NCBI RefSeq assembly: GCF_053078305.1
Contig: NZ_CP166879.1
Strand: one strand, 5' to 3'
Length of the DNA: 64,000 nucleotides
Part shown: positions 27,791 through 37,121 of the stretch, in pieces
Layout: each line of letters opens with the position of its first letter
How positions within the stretch are numbered: the first letter of the stretch is position 1
Translations under genes and position numbers: made by a program
The notes under the pieces: generated by a model
Told to the model about the DNA's origin: nothing
Databases searched by the model: none
Seen by the model: only the letters and a program-made list of their open reading frames with translations

Positions 27791-28939
27791 TCACCAACGG
27801 CCGGATGAACCGCCGCCTCCTGAAGAACCGCCACCACCGCGGAAAGAATTTCTCGACGAAGAGCGAGAATGAGCATTACGATTCCCCGTTTTCCTGTTGC
27901 TTTTTTCTCCTGACCCCAGCTTAAGATTGCCAGTAAATTTGGCCACAATGATCAGCAGAACGATGCCAGCAATGGTTATTGGGCCGATAAAATGATCAAT
28001 TAACCCAATAATTGTTGAGATGAATGCAATATCTTTATTACTGGCGAACACCAGGCACCATCCCACAATAATTATCAGCATCACGACAAACAATGAATTT
28101 CGTCCTGATTCACGAACCTGCGGAGTCTTCTTTTGTTTTTTCACTTTAGCGTTTTTATTTTTTGGGGCCAGCATCATAGGAAATACGCGGCACAAATTAA
28201 AAACTACCGCGAGACGCTGCTTGCAGGTTGTTGCTAACAATAAACTAAAACAAACGACCGATACCCGCCGAATGATGACATCGTCCTGAAAGGAGAAAAA
28301 CCAGACCATAGGGGTAATCATCGATATCATCCATATGCCACGCCGTGGGCGGCTGGCAAATCGCCAGAGGACAACGATGGCAACGATCATCAGCAGTGTC
28401 CAGGCAAGACATGGCAGCGAACGTTGCGGATTAGCAAACAGATGATTGGCTAAAGCATCCAAAGGGCTAAGGTTCGCTTTGATATGGGTAAACTGTGCGA
28501 TGCTTTCAATTCCGCCCGTTAATCCAGCAAAGAGATTGTTTTTTTCGAATTCTGGCTGCATATGGTAACGAACAATTTGCGCAGCTTGTTCCGGCGGCAA
28601 CATCTCTTCCAGTCCATGTCCAATCTTCATTGACGCCAGCCCTTCCGGCCATACGACGAGAATTAAGATACCTTCGCCATATCGCTTCTCTCCAACGGGT
28701 TTCCAGTGATATACCCCGTATCTCTGCGAGGCTGCAAGTTTAATGTTTTTGCCCCCTGTGGTCGGCGTAACCAACACGGCCACCTGGAAGTGGTTTTGCT
28801 GCTCGAGAGTCTGTAATTGTTGAGTTAAAGCAGTTTGTTCTTCTGTCGTTAATGTCCCGGTTAAGTCATTCACTGAAGGCAATCGTTCAGCGAATACCTG
28901 AAAACTGCATAGCATCAGAAGTAAGAGAAAAATACGCAT
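27791..28939 (-). CDS. TPM-domain membrane protein, paralog 2, with extended multi-TM region
   Basis: 382 aa; signal peptide, TPM-like domain, about 5 hydrophobic helices, Gly/Ser-rich tail ending SGRW. Confidence 0.72.
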   Translation of the reverse strand: MRIFLLLLMLCSFQVFAERLPSVNDLTGTLTTEEQTALTQQLQTLEQQNHFQVAVLVTPTTGGKNIKLAASQRYGVYHWKPVGEKRYGEGILILVVWPEGLASMKIGHGLEEMLPPEQAAQIVRYHMQPEFEKNNLFAGLTGGIESIAQFTHIKANLSPLDALANHLFANPQRSLPCLAWTLLMIVAIVVLWRFASRPRRGIWMISMITPMVWFFSFQDDVIIRRVSVVCFSLLLATTCKQRLAVVFNLCRVFPMMLAPKNKNAKVKKQKKTPQVRESGRNSLFVVMLIIIVGWCLVFASNKDIAFISTIIGLIDHFIGPITIAGIVLLIIVAKFTGNLKLGSGEKSNRKTGNRNAHSRSSSRNSFRGGGGSSGGGGSSGRW

Positions 28940-28956
28940 ATCAATTCCTTTTGTTA

Positions 28957-29847
28957 CTAGCGCCCGGAAGCGCCACCGCCACCAGATGAACCGCCACCAC
29001 CGCTGAAATTGTCATTGTTGAATGAAGAGGATGACGATGATGAATAGTGGGAGGAAGAATTGCTTCTTGTATGGCGTGATGGCTGGTTGACATCACGCAT
29101 CAAATCCCGAACTTTTTTGCCGAAGGGAGTAACAGCGATGGCGACAGCCAGGAACGGTGTGGCGAAGCAGAGTAATGTTGCGAGTACTCCCCAGCTTCCG
29201 CTGAAGCCTGCTATAGGTAAAACAAAGGCCAGTACAATAGCTGCGAAGCAAATTACTCCCAGCGTTTTGATATATCCTCTGGCAGAAATAAACGTCAGTA
29301 CTATCGCCCAGACTAACAATGCCCACCAACCGCTAAAGGGCAAAGGGTGATCGGTCGGTGTAATCGTTGCTAAATTATTCCCCGTCAGACGACTTTCAAG
29401 ATCGCTGATCCCCTTTTGTAAACCGACAGCAAGGTCGCCTTTTTTAAATGCAGGAATAATATTGTTGCGAATAATTTTCCCGGACTGCGCATCCGTAATA
29501 ATACCTTCCAGTCCGTAACCGATTTCAATACGCACGGTATGATCCTGCCAGGCGACTAACAGTAGAACGCCATTATCGCGGTCTTTATCACCCGGTTTCC
29601 AGCTATCGAATACCCGCGTTGCGTACTGCTCGATGGTTTCATCGCCTGTTGTATCAACCACTAACACGACCAACTGTGCGTGGTTTTTTTGCGTCAGGGC
29701 TTTAATCTGGTTGGTCAGGGTGTTTACTTCGCTGTTTGTTAATGTGCCGGTTAAGTCATTCACATACTTGGGGGATTCAGGTACTGGAATTTGTGTGGCA
29801 AACACAGATGAACAGAAGAAAGCCATAAGGAAGATAAAATTTCGCAT
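28957..29847 (-). CDS. TPM-domain membrane protein, paralog 3 (YgcG-like)
   Basis: ATG at 29847 (MRNFIF...); about 55 percent identical to paralog 1 by eye over the TPM domain; Gly/Ser tail ending SGR. Confidence 0.75.
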   Translation of the reverse strand: MRNFIFLMAFFCSSVFATQIPVPESPKYVNDLTGTLTNSEVNTLTNQIKALTQKNHAQLVVLVVDTTGDETIEQYATRVFDSWKPGDKDRDNGVLLLVAWQDHTVRIEIGYGLEGIITDAQSGKIIRNNIIPAFKKGDLAVGLQKGISDLESRLTGNNLATITPTDHPLPFSGWWALLVWAIVLTFISARGYIKTLGVICFAAIVLAFVLPIAGFSGSWGVLATLLCFATPFLAVAIAVTPFGKKVRDLMRDVNQPSRHTRSNSSSHYSSSSSSSFNNDNFSGGGGSSGGGGASGR

Positions 29848-29860
29848 AGAACTTCCCCGC

Positions 29861-30463
29861 TTAATGAGCATTAGCATTCTGGCTAAAATCTATTGTTGGG
29901 GCTTTACTTACTGCGGTGACATCATCCGGCAAATAATTTTTCTTTGGTGTGTAATCCATGACCTTTGCGGTTAATACAGCGGGGAATTTGCGGATAGTGA
30001 CATTATATTGTTCAATGGCTTTAATATATCTTCCTCGCGCAACGGCAATTCTATTTTCACTTCCTTCGAGCTGTACCATTAAGTTTTGATAGAGCTCTTG
30101 AGCCTTTAACTCAGGGTAACGCTCACTAATTATCGTTAACTGACCGAGAGTGCGAGTCACCTGCGCCTGGGCCTGTTGCCAGGCTTGTAATTTTTGTGCA
30201 TCTCCCGGAGCTTGCTGAAGATCGCTGCTGGCGCGATTAGCCTGGCTACGAGCCAATGTTACGGCTTCCAAAACGTCTTTTTCATGGCTGGAATAACCTT
30301 TAATACTGGCGACAAGATTAGGAATAAGATCGGCGCGACGTTGATATTGATTCAATACCTCAGACCAGGAGGCGTTAACCTGCTCATCATAGGTTTGAAT
30401 ATCGTTATATCCACAGCCTGATAAATTGAAAATAAATATAATTACGATGAATATTCTGAGCAT
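29861..30463 (-). CDS. LemA-family lipoprotein
   Basis: 200 aa; N-terminal signal with lipobox-like LSGC; LemA-like coiled region; first gene of 4-gene minus-strand operon. Confidence 0.7.
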   Translation of the reverse strand: MLRIFIVIIFIFNLSGCGYNDIQTYDEQVNASWSEVLNQYQRRADLIPNLVASIKGYSSHEKDVLEAVTLARSQANRASSDLQQAPGDAQKLQAWQQAQAQVTRTLGQLTIISERYPELKAQELYQNLMVQLEGSENRIAVARGRYIKAIEQYNVTIRKFPAVLTAKVMDYTPKKNYLPDDVTAVSKAPTIDFSQNANAH

Positions 30464-30635
30464 GTTTAAATCCCTTTTAATTAATTCCTTAAAACATAAT
30501 ACTCTGCTTCATTTTATTCTTTATGATCTAATCCACTTTTTGCCATAAACCTGCCTGTAACAGAATGTTAATAAGACATGATTGTTGTGGCAGGATCTGC
30601 AATAATTAACAATTATCCACTTCACAGAGAATGCT

Positions 30636-31307
30636 ATGCAGTACCCGATTAACGAGATGTTCCAGACCCTGCAAGGTGAGGGTTACTTTACCGGCGTCCC
30701 CGCCATTTTTATTCGTTTACAGGGATGCCCGGTTGGCTGTGCCTGGTGCGACACCAAACACACCTGGGAAAAGCTTGAGGATCGGGAAGTCTCCCTTTTC
30801 AGCATTCTGGCGAAGACCAAAGAGAGTGATAAGTGGGGGGCGGCGAGCAGTGAAGACTTGCTGGCTGTCATTGGTCGCCAGGGATATACCGCGCGGCATG
30901 TGGTGATTACGGGTGGTGAGCCTTGCATTCATGATTTGCTGCCACTGACTGACCTGCTCGAAAAGAACGGTTTTAGCTGCCAGATCGAAACCAGTGGTAC
31001 TCATGAGGTACGCTGCACACCGAATACCTGGGTTACCGTATCGCCAAAGCTGAACATGCGCGGCGGCTATGAAGTGTTGTCACAGGCACTGGAGCGAGCC
31101 AACGAAATCAAGCATCCAGTGGGGCGCGTACGTGATATTGAAGCACTGGATGAACTTTTGGCGACGCTGACCGATGATAAACCGCGAGTCATTGCTCTGC
31201 AGCCGATTAGCCAAAAGGATGATGCCACACGTTTGTGCATTGAAACCTGCATTGCGCGTAATTGGCGTTTGTCGATGCAAACCCATAAATATTTAAATAT
31301 TGCCTGA
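30636..31307 (+). CDS. queE: 7-carboxy-7-deazaguanine synthase (radical SAM)
   Basis: 223 aa with CxxxCxxC-type motif (CPVGCAWC). Confidence 0.88.
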   Translation: MQYPINEMFQTLQGEGYFTGVPAIFIRLQGCPVGCAWCDTKHTWEKLEDREVSLFSILAKTKESDKWGAASSEDLLAVIGRQGYTARHVVITGGEPCIHDLLPLTDLLEKNGFSCQIETSGTHEVRCTPNTWVTVSPKLNMRGGYEVLSQALERANEIKHPVGRVRDIEALDELLATLTDDKPRVIALQPISQKDDATRLCIETCIARNWRLSMQTHKYLNIA

Positions 31308-31499
31308 TTAAACATTTATAAGCGTTATAAATGGGTGGAACCTGTAAAGACTTCTACTCATTTATATTCTTTGTCGTCTCTGAAAAACCTCCATTTTGCC
31401 CATCCTGAACTAATCATTATCATTCTCTACAAATTCTGTGGCGTTAATTTTTCACTGGAGTGAAAATTATTGCGGTAAAGTTTGGTAGATTTTAGTTTG

Positions 31500-31645
31500 T
31501 ATAGAGTTATTTTAAATATTTACCTTTTTAATCAATGGGTTAAGTGCTCTTTAACATAATGGATGTGTTGTTTGTGTGATACTGTAAAGTTGGTAGATTG
31601 TGACTGGCTTAAAAAATCATTAATTAATAATAGGTTATGTTTAGA
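31500..31645 (+). promoter_or_regulatory. CRISPR leader for array 2
   Basis: AT-rich; contains AGTTGGTAGATTGT motif 44 nt upstream of first repeat, shared with the cas-adjacent leader. Confidence 0.8.
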
Positions 31646-32528
31646 GAGTTCCCCGCGCTAGCGGGGATAAACCGTAATGAGTCAGGGGAATACCGAATAT
31701 TTTATAGAGTTCCCCGCGCTAGCGGGGATAAACCGAAATTTATCGAGATCGGCAGGGGTTACTGACAGAGTTCCCCGCGCTAGCGGGGATAAACCGGCCG
31801 TTAATCCGGACTGCCAGCGAATAACGCTGAGTTCCCCGCGCTAGCGGGGATAAACCGCAACATATTTAAACGATTTAAGCCAGGCATATGAGTTCCCCGC
31901 GCTAGCGGGGATAAACCGGGATTCATCACGCGGTTATCCGGGGGCCGTTAGAGTTCCCCGCGCTAGCGGGGATAAACCGGTGGTTGCGGGGTTATCGGTG
32001 GTAGTCACAATGAGTTCCCCGCGCTAGCGGGGATAAACCGCTCCAGCTCGATATCACACGACGCTATATCAGGAGTTCCCCGCGCTAGCGGGGATAAACC
32101 GGAAACAGCGCCCGCCGGTGCTGCGTTACCGTGGAGTTCCCCGCGCTAGCGGGGATAAACCGCCAACAAACTCATTTGCACTGGATTCGTGGATGAGTTC
32201 CCCGCGCTAGCGGGGATAAACCGACCGGCGCAATTGTTTTTCAGCAGCACCCGGCGAGTTCCCCGCGCTAGCGGGGATAAACCGTATTTTCTTTGTTGCG
32301 GTAGGCAATATCGCCAGAGTTCCCCGCGCTAGCGGGGATAAACCGGTATTTTGTCACGACCAGCACGAGGCCGAATAGAGTTCCCCGCGCCAGCGGGGAT
32401 AAACCGCCCCAACTCATGCCCACATGAAAAACGTTGACGAGTTCCCCGCGCCAGCGGGGATAAACCGCCGCAAAAGGTATTATTTTTATCCGTCAGTACG
32501 AGTTCCCCGCGCCAGCGGGGATAAACCA
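31646..32528 (+). CRISPR. CRISPR array, 15 repeats of 29 bp, 14 spacers of 32 bp (type I-E repeat)
   Basis: Exact 61-bp periodicity; 12 repeats GAGTTCCCCGCGCTAGCGGGGATAAACCG then 3 leader-distal repeats with CCAGCG loop; terminal repeat ends ...AACCA. Confidence 0.97.
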
Positions 32529-32996
32529 CCATATAACCCGTTATCTCTTTCTCAAGTTTTTATATTAGCTGTACTTGTAATAAGCAACATATCCACGTAA
32601 CACCTCATGTTCAAAATAGTTCCCCATGCCAGATAAGTTCACAATTATCGATACAAAAAATCAAATTTAATCAAAGTGTTATTTGTATAATCCTTAAACC
32701 GTTAAGAAATTTTAATATATTATTTTTTTAATATTAATTAATGCCTGTTAATTTTTTCTTTAGAATAACAGTGTATTTTTTAAGCTTGTTATTCATTGAT
32801 TAAGTAATAAATCTGGAAATTTGTCTTTGTTTTGAGGCTAATGAGTGGTTTTACATAACCGCCTCTATACGCTGTTGATGAATAGTTCTTATGAATAAAG
32901 ATATCCTGTTCATACTTTAAGTGAAAATTGATAAAGTGCGATTCGTATTGTCTTTTATTCTAAAGACATCGAGTGTAGTTAATATTCCTTGTAAAA

Positions 32997-33119
32997 ACAG
33001 GGATAAACCGAACTAGTTAAAGTTTTTATTATGTTCCCTGCATCAGCGGGGATAAACCGGACTTGTTATCATTTTTTAAGTTGTCGAACTTATGTTCCCC
33101 GCGCCAGCGGGGATAACCA
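32997..33119 (+). CRISPR. Vestigial CRISPR remnant (degenerate repeats)
   Basis: Partial repeat GGATAAACCG at 33001, ATGTTCCCTGCATCAGCGGGGATAAACCG at 33031-33059, ATGTTCCCCGCGCCAGCGGGGATAACC at 33092-33118; another fragment near 32617-32637. Confidence 0.7.
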
Positions 33120-33165
33120 TTCAGGTATGTTCAGGCCGGGCAGTTTCCCGCCCGGTTTTCCTCAC

Positions 33166-34644
33166 TTACGCATTCGACCAGCTCTGGATCGAATCCGCAT
33201 TCCCCAATTCCCCATGCATCACTTCATACGATTTTTTCAGAATCACATCAGTGTGTTTGGTTAAATCTTTGAAAATGCCTTTATTCATCGCGTCGTAGCG
33301 TTTGGCATTGCTCTCAACAGGCATAAAGATATCTTTCACGCGAACCATTTTATCGACAGCCGTTGCGTAATCCGGGTATAGCCCCAGACCTACCGCTGTA
33401 TTAATCGCTGCCCCCAGGCTTGCACAACCGTTAATGGCATTACGTCGTGCCGGAAGGTTGAACACGTCGGCAAAAATCTGCATAAACAGATCGCTGTTCG
33501 AACCGCCGCCAGTAATGATTACATGCTTCGCAAAGTGATTCATTTCATTACACATATTGTCGTAATTGTTCTTCAGCGTCAGCGCCACGCTTTCCAGTAT
33601 CGAACGATATATCCATGCGTAATCCATGCTGGAATCAAAGCCGATCATAATCCCACGTTTGTAGGGTTCCCACGGGTTGGTCAGCCAGTCCAGCACCGTC
33701 ATCAGACCATTACAGCCAGGCGGCACACAAGAAGCTTTTTTGTTGAGCAAATCTTCCGGTGAAAGATCCTGTGCTTTGGCATCCTGAATTAACGACTCGC
33801 CTAACATGTCGCGTAGCCAGCTCACCGTCCACATGCCTTTACGGATACCGTACCCTTCATACAGCAATGTTTCCGGAATAGAAGACATAATCGGCCAGTA
33901 CGCCACCGGATCTTTCGGCAGTGCTTTACCGTTCATCATCAGCGCGATGTAGGTGCCAAGAGAAATCACCGCCGTTTCATCATCCAGTAATCCGGCTCCC
34001 AGAGCTTCTACCGGTTTATCACTGGTGGTACAAACAACCGGCAGCCCTGACGGGAAATGTGTCGCCAGCGCGGCTTGAGGTGTGATCTGTCCAAGAACAG
34101 TGCCTGGCATTTGCACATCAAACAGCATATGACGGGGGATATTAAACTTCTCCATTACCGCAGCATCTTCGCTCCATGCCCAGCTCTTATAATCCACCGG
34201 CCACTGACCAAAATAGTTGGCGATATTGTCTTTAAACTCGCCGGTTAAGCGATGCGTCAGATAACCCGAAAAAGAGGTGACATATGCCACGTCAGGATTA
34301 GTGTGTTCGTAGGGACGCGTTACGCGTGCATCCTGCCAGCTAATCAACGGCGCAGCAGGCGTGCCATCGGCTTTCAATAACGCACGGCAGCAACGGATGG
34401 ATCCCAGACCAATACCGACAATATCTTCTTTATTCCCGGCAAACTGACTCATCAAATCGTGACCGGCAAAACATAATGATGCCCATAAATCGTCGTCAGG
34501 ATGTTCTGCAGTATCGGCATCTGGCGTGTGCATCGGCTGCAATAAACCTTTGCCTTCGCAAACCACGTTACCTTCCAGATCGTATATCACCACTTTTGTG
34601 CTCTGACTTCCGCCATCAATCCCTATGATGTATTTTTTCGACAT
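33166..34644 (-). CDS. ygcE: FGGY-family carbohydrate kinase
   Basis: 492 aa, FGGY sugar kinase N- and C-domains. Confidence 0.8.
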   Translation of the reverse strand: MSKKYIIGIDGGSQSTKVVIYDLEGNVVCEGKGLLQPMHTPDADTAEHPDDDLWASLCFAGHDLMSQFAGNKEDIVGIGLGSIRCCRALLKADGTPAAPLISWQDARVTRPYEHTNPDVAYVTSFSGYLTHRLTGEFKDNIANYFGQWPVDYKSWAWSEDAAVMEKFNIPRHMLFDVQMPGTVLGQITPQAALATHFPSGLPVVCTTSDKPVEALGAGLLDDETAVISLGTYIALMMNGKALPKDPVAYWPIMSSIPETLLYEGYGIRKGMWTVSWLRDMLGESLIQDAKAQDLSPEDLLNKKASCVPPGCNGLMTVLDWLTNPWEPYKRGIMIGFDSSMDYAWIYRSILESVALTLKNNYDNMCNEMNHFAKHVIITGGGSNSDLFMQIFADVFNLPARRNAINGCASLGAAINTAVGLGLYPDYATAVDKMVRVKDIFMPVESNAKRYDAMNKGIFKDLTKHTDVILKKSYEVMHGELGNADSIQSWSNA

Positions 34645-34670
34645 GATTTTTCTCCTGTAATTTTCCTGGC

Positions 34671-35948
34671 TTACTTGCTGCTAGCCATTGCGGGGGCGCT
34701 ATCAGCAGTACGAATTTTTTGGAACAGCAAAAAGGTAAAGACGATCACCATGCCGAGTGCCGCCATGCCCATCAGCCACATGTTGCGGTAGGCTTCTGCT
34801 GCGGGCAGGGTGTCCTGCCAGTGGCCGATAATCGGGTAAACGAAGACATCCGGCAGGAATCCAATCACCGAACAAATACCTACCGTGGTGCCCATAATGT
34901 AAGACGGTGTTCTCGCTTCGCCAGGGCAGGCCCAGTACAGCCCGCGTGAGGCGTAACAGGTGAATCCCAGCAGTAAAATCAGGCCAATCCCCATCGCGAC
35001 CGATTGCGGGTTAGAGTTGGTAACAAGCAGGGCAGTCAGTGCCAGCAGGCCGATGATGGAAAGGATTTGAATCACGCGGGTAGGGGATTTCACTTTACTG
35101 TAGGTGGTGATAATGCCGCCAAGTGGGCCGCACAGCGCGCGGAATATTTTGTTGATCACAATCCCCATGTAGCTCGCCGCCACCAGCGACATGCCATACA
35201 TTTCGGTCAGATAGTTGGTGGAGTAACTCAGAATGGCGTAGATGGTGAAGACACCAAAAATCACCATGCTGCAATACCAGGTGGTGCTGATGCGCAAAAC
35301 GGCCAGGATGTCGCTAAGCTGGAATGATTGTTTATCTTCGTTATTGGCACTGCGCAGGTTGTTGTTATCGCTAACAAAAAACCAGCACAGAATCCCCAAC
35401 AAGATGTAAACCACACTATAGATGATAATGACCGTTTTCAGGCTGGCGCTGTCATCCGGTGCAAAGCGAGAAAAGACCCACATGGTAAACACCGCCAGCG
35501 ACATTACACCGACGCCGCGCAGCCCTTCCATCCAGCCCATAATTTTCCCTTGCTCGCTATGATCGCCAAGCAACGATGCGGCTTTAATCGACACCGACCA
35601 CAGCATTAAAATCGTTGTTATCGCAAAGGCGACCTGAATACAGAGCATTACCCACAGCGGTGGATATGTTGCCATTAACAGACCCAGTAATCCGGTAATG
35701 ATCATCGCGGAAGTAATCATTTTGCGGTGTGAAAATTTATCGGCAATAACGCCGCTGGGGGCATAAAGAATAATAGCTGCAATACCAAAGGTACTCATTA
35801 TTAAACCTATCTCGGTATTGCTGAATCCCATAAATTTCGCCATGGGAATTTGATAAATATAACGTAAATAAGCCAGGTCAAAACTAACGCCGCCGCTAAA
35901 ACTAATTATCGCGAGGGTTATCCAACGGCGATATGAGTTGTGTTGCAT
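34671..35948 (-). CDS. yqcE: MFS transporter
   Basis: 425 aa, about 12 TM helices. Confidence 0.75.
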   Translation of the reverse strand: MQHNSYRRWITLAIISFSGGVSFDLAYLRYIYQIPMAKFMGFSNTEIGLIMSTFGIAAIILYAPSGVIADKFSHRKMITSAMIITGLLGLLMATYPPLWVMLCIQVAFAITTILMLWSVSIKAASLLGDHSEQGKIMGWMEGLRGVGVMSLAVFTMWVFSRFAPDDSASLKTVIIIYSVVYILLGILCWFFVSDNNNLRSANNEDKQSFQLSDILAVLRISTTWYCSMVIFGVFTIYAILSYSTNYLTEMYGMSLVAASYMGIVINKIFRALCGPLGGIITTYSKVKSPTRVIQILSIIGLLALTALLVTNSNPQSVAMGIGLILLLGFTCYASRGLYWACPGEARTPSYIMGTTVGICSVIGFLPDVFVYPIIGHWQDTLPAAEAYRNMWLMGMAALGMVIVFTFLLFQKIRTADSAPAMASSK

Positions 35949-36266
35949 ATCGTATTCCCATTTGTAATAGACAAAAAAAAGAGAAAAGTAAGCCGCCCTT
36001 TCAGGTGGATTACTTTTCTCAGGTCTCTAGTAATTGCAATAAGAAATAACATGGAAAGCAGAGGTGTTGTGTGAGAGTAATCACGCTTCTGCTTTTTAAA
36101 ACTATTTGATAATGCGAATATCACACTGTGATTACGATCACATTAGCAGTTATGCCCTTATGCTAAAAATTATCTCCAGTTACCAGAGATAATGAGAAAG
36201 GTAACTTCCCTCTCGCGGGGGAAGTTACCTTTCTTTTTTTTTGCCTTACGGAAATTGGAGCTAACT

Positions 36267-37052
36267 ATGTCAATCGAATCTCTCAATGCGTTCTCAATGG
36301 ATTTTTTCTCCCTGAAAGGTAAAACCGCAATTGTTACCGGCGGGAATAGCGGTTTAGGCCAGGCATTTGCCATGGCGTTGGCCAAAGCAGGCGCAAATGT
36401 CTTTATTCCTAGCTTCGTCAAAGATAACGGCGAAACAAAGGAAATGATTGAAAAACAGGGTGTTGAAGTTGATTTTATGCAGGTGGATATCACCGCAGAA
36501 GGCGCGCCGCAGAAGATTATCGCTGCTTGCTGTGAGCGTTTCGGAACAGTTGATATTCTGGTTAACAATGCCGGTATTTGTAAGCTGAATAAGGTGCTGG
36601 ACTTTGGTCGAGCCGACTGGGACCCGATGATTGATGTGAACCTGACCGCCGCATTCGAGTTAAGCTACGAAGCGGCAAAAATTATGATCCCGCAGAAAAG
36701 CGGTAAAATTATTAATATCTGTTCATTGTTCTCTTACTTAGGTGGACAATGGTCACCTGCATATTCTGCCACTAAACATGCTCTTGCCGGATTCACCAAA
36801 GCTTATTGTGATGAACTAGGTCAATATAATATTCAGGTAAATGGTATCGCCCCTGGCTATTATGCAACAGATATTACGCTGGCGACACGCAGTAATCCAG
36901 AAACCAATCAGCGCGTTCTTGATCATATTCCGGCAAAACGTTGGGGCGATACTCAGGATTTAATGGGCGCAGCCGTATTCCTCGCAAGTCCGGCATCGAA
37001 TTATGTCAACGGGCATTTATTAGTGGTTGATGGCGGTTATTTAGTGCGCTAA
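36267..37052 (+). CDS. ygcW: Short-chain dehydrogenase/reductase (KduD/FabG-like)
   Basis: ATG at 36267 gives about 261 aa with TGGNSGLG Rossmann motif; ORF track start 36192 is probably an upstream extension. Confidence 0.8.
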   Translation: MSIESLNAFSMDFFSLKGKTAIVTGGNSGLGQAFAMALAKAGANVFIPSFVKDNGETKEMIEKQGVEVDFMQVDITAEGAPQKIIAACCERFGTVDILVNNAGICKLNKVLDFGRADWDPMIDVNLTAAFELSYEAAKIMIPQKSGKIINICSLFSYLGGQWSPAYSATKHALAGFTKAYCDELGQYNIQVNGIAPGYYATDITLATRSNPETNQRVLDHIPAKRWGDTQDLMGAAVFLASPASNYVNGHLLVVDGGYLVR

Positions 37053-37121
37053 CCCATAACGGTGGTTTCTGTTTTCTCTTATTAATGATTATTCCATTTT
37101 TATTATCAGGAAGGAATTACT

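Noticed and set aside
36192-36266. Upstream start for ygcW (286 aa) and similarly 38598 for ygcS
   Set aside because: Internal ATGs with better RBS spacing give lengths matching family norms; upstream extensions lack RBS and add non-conserved residues.
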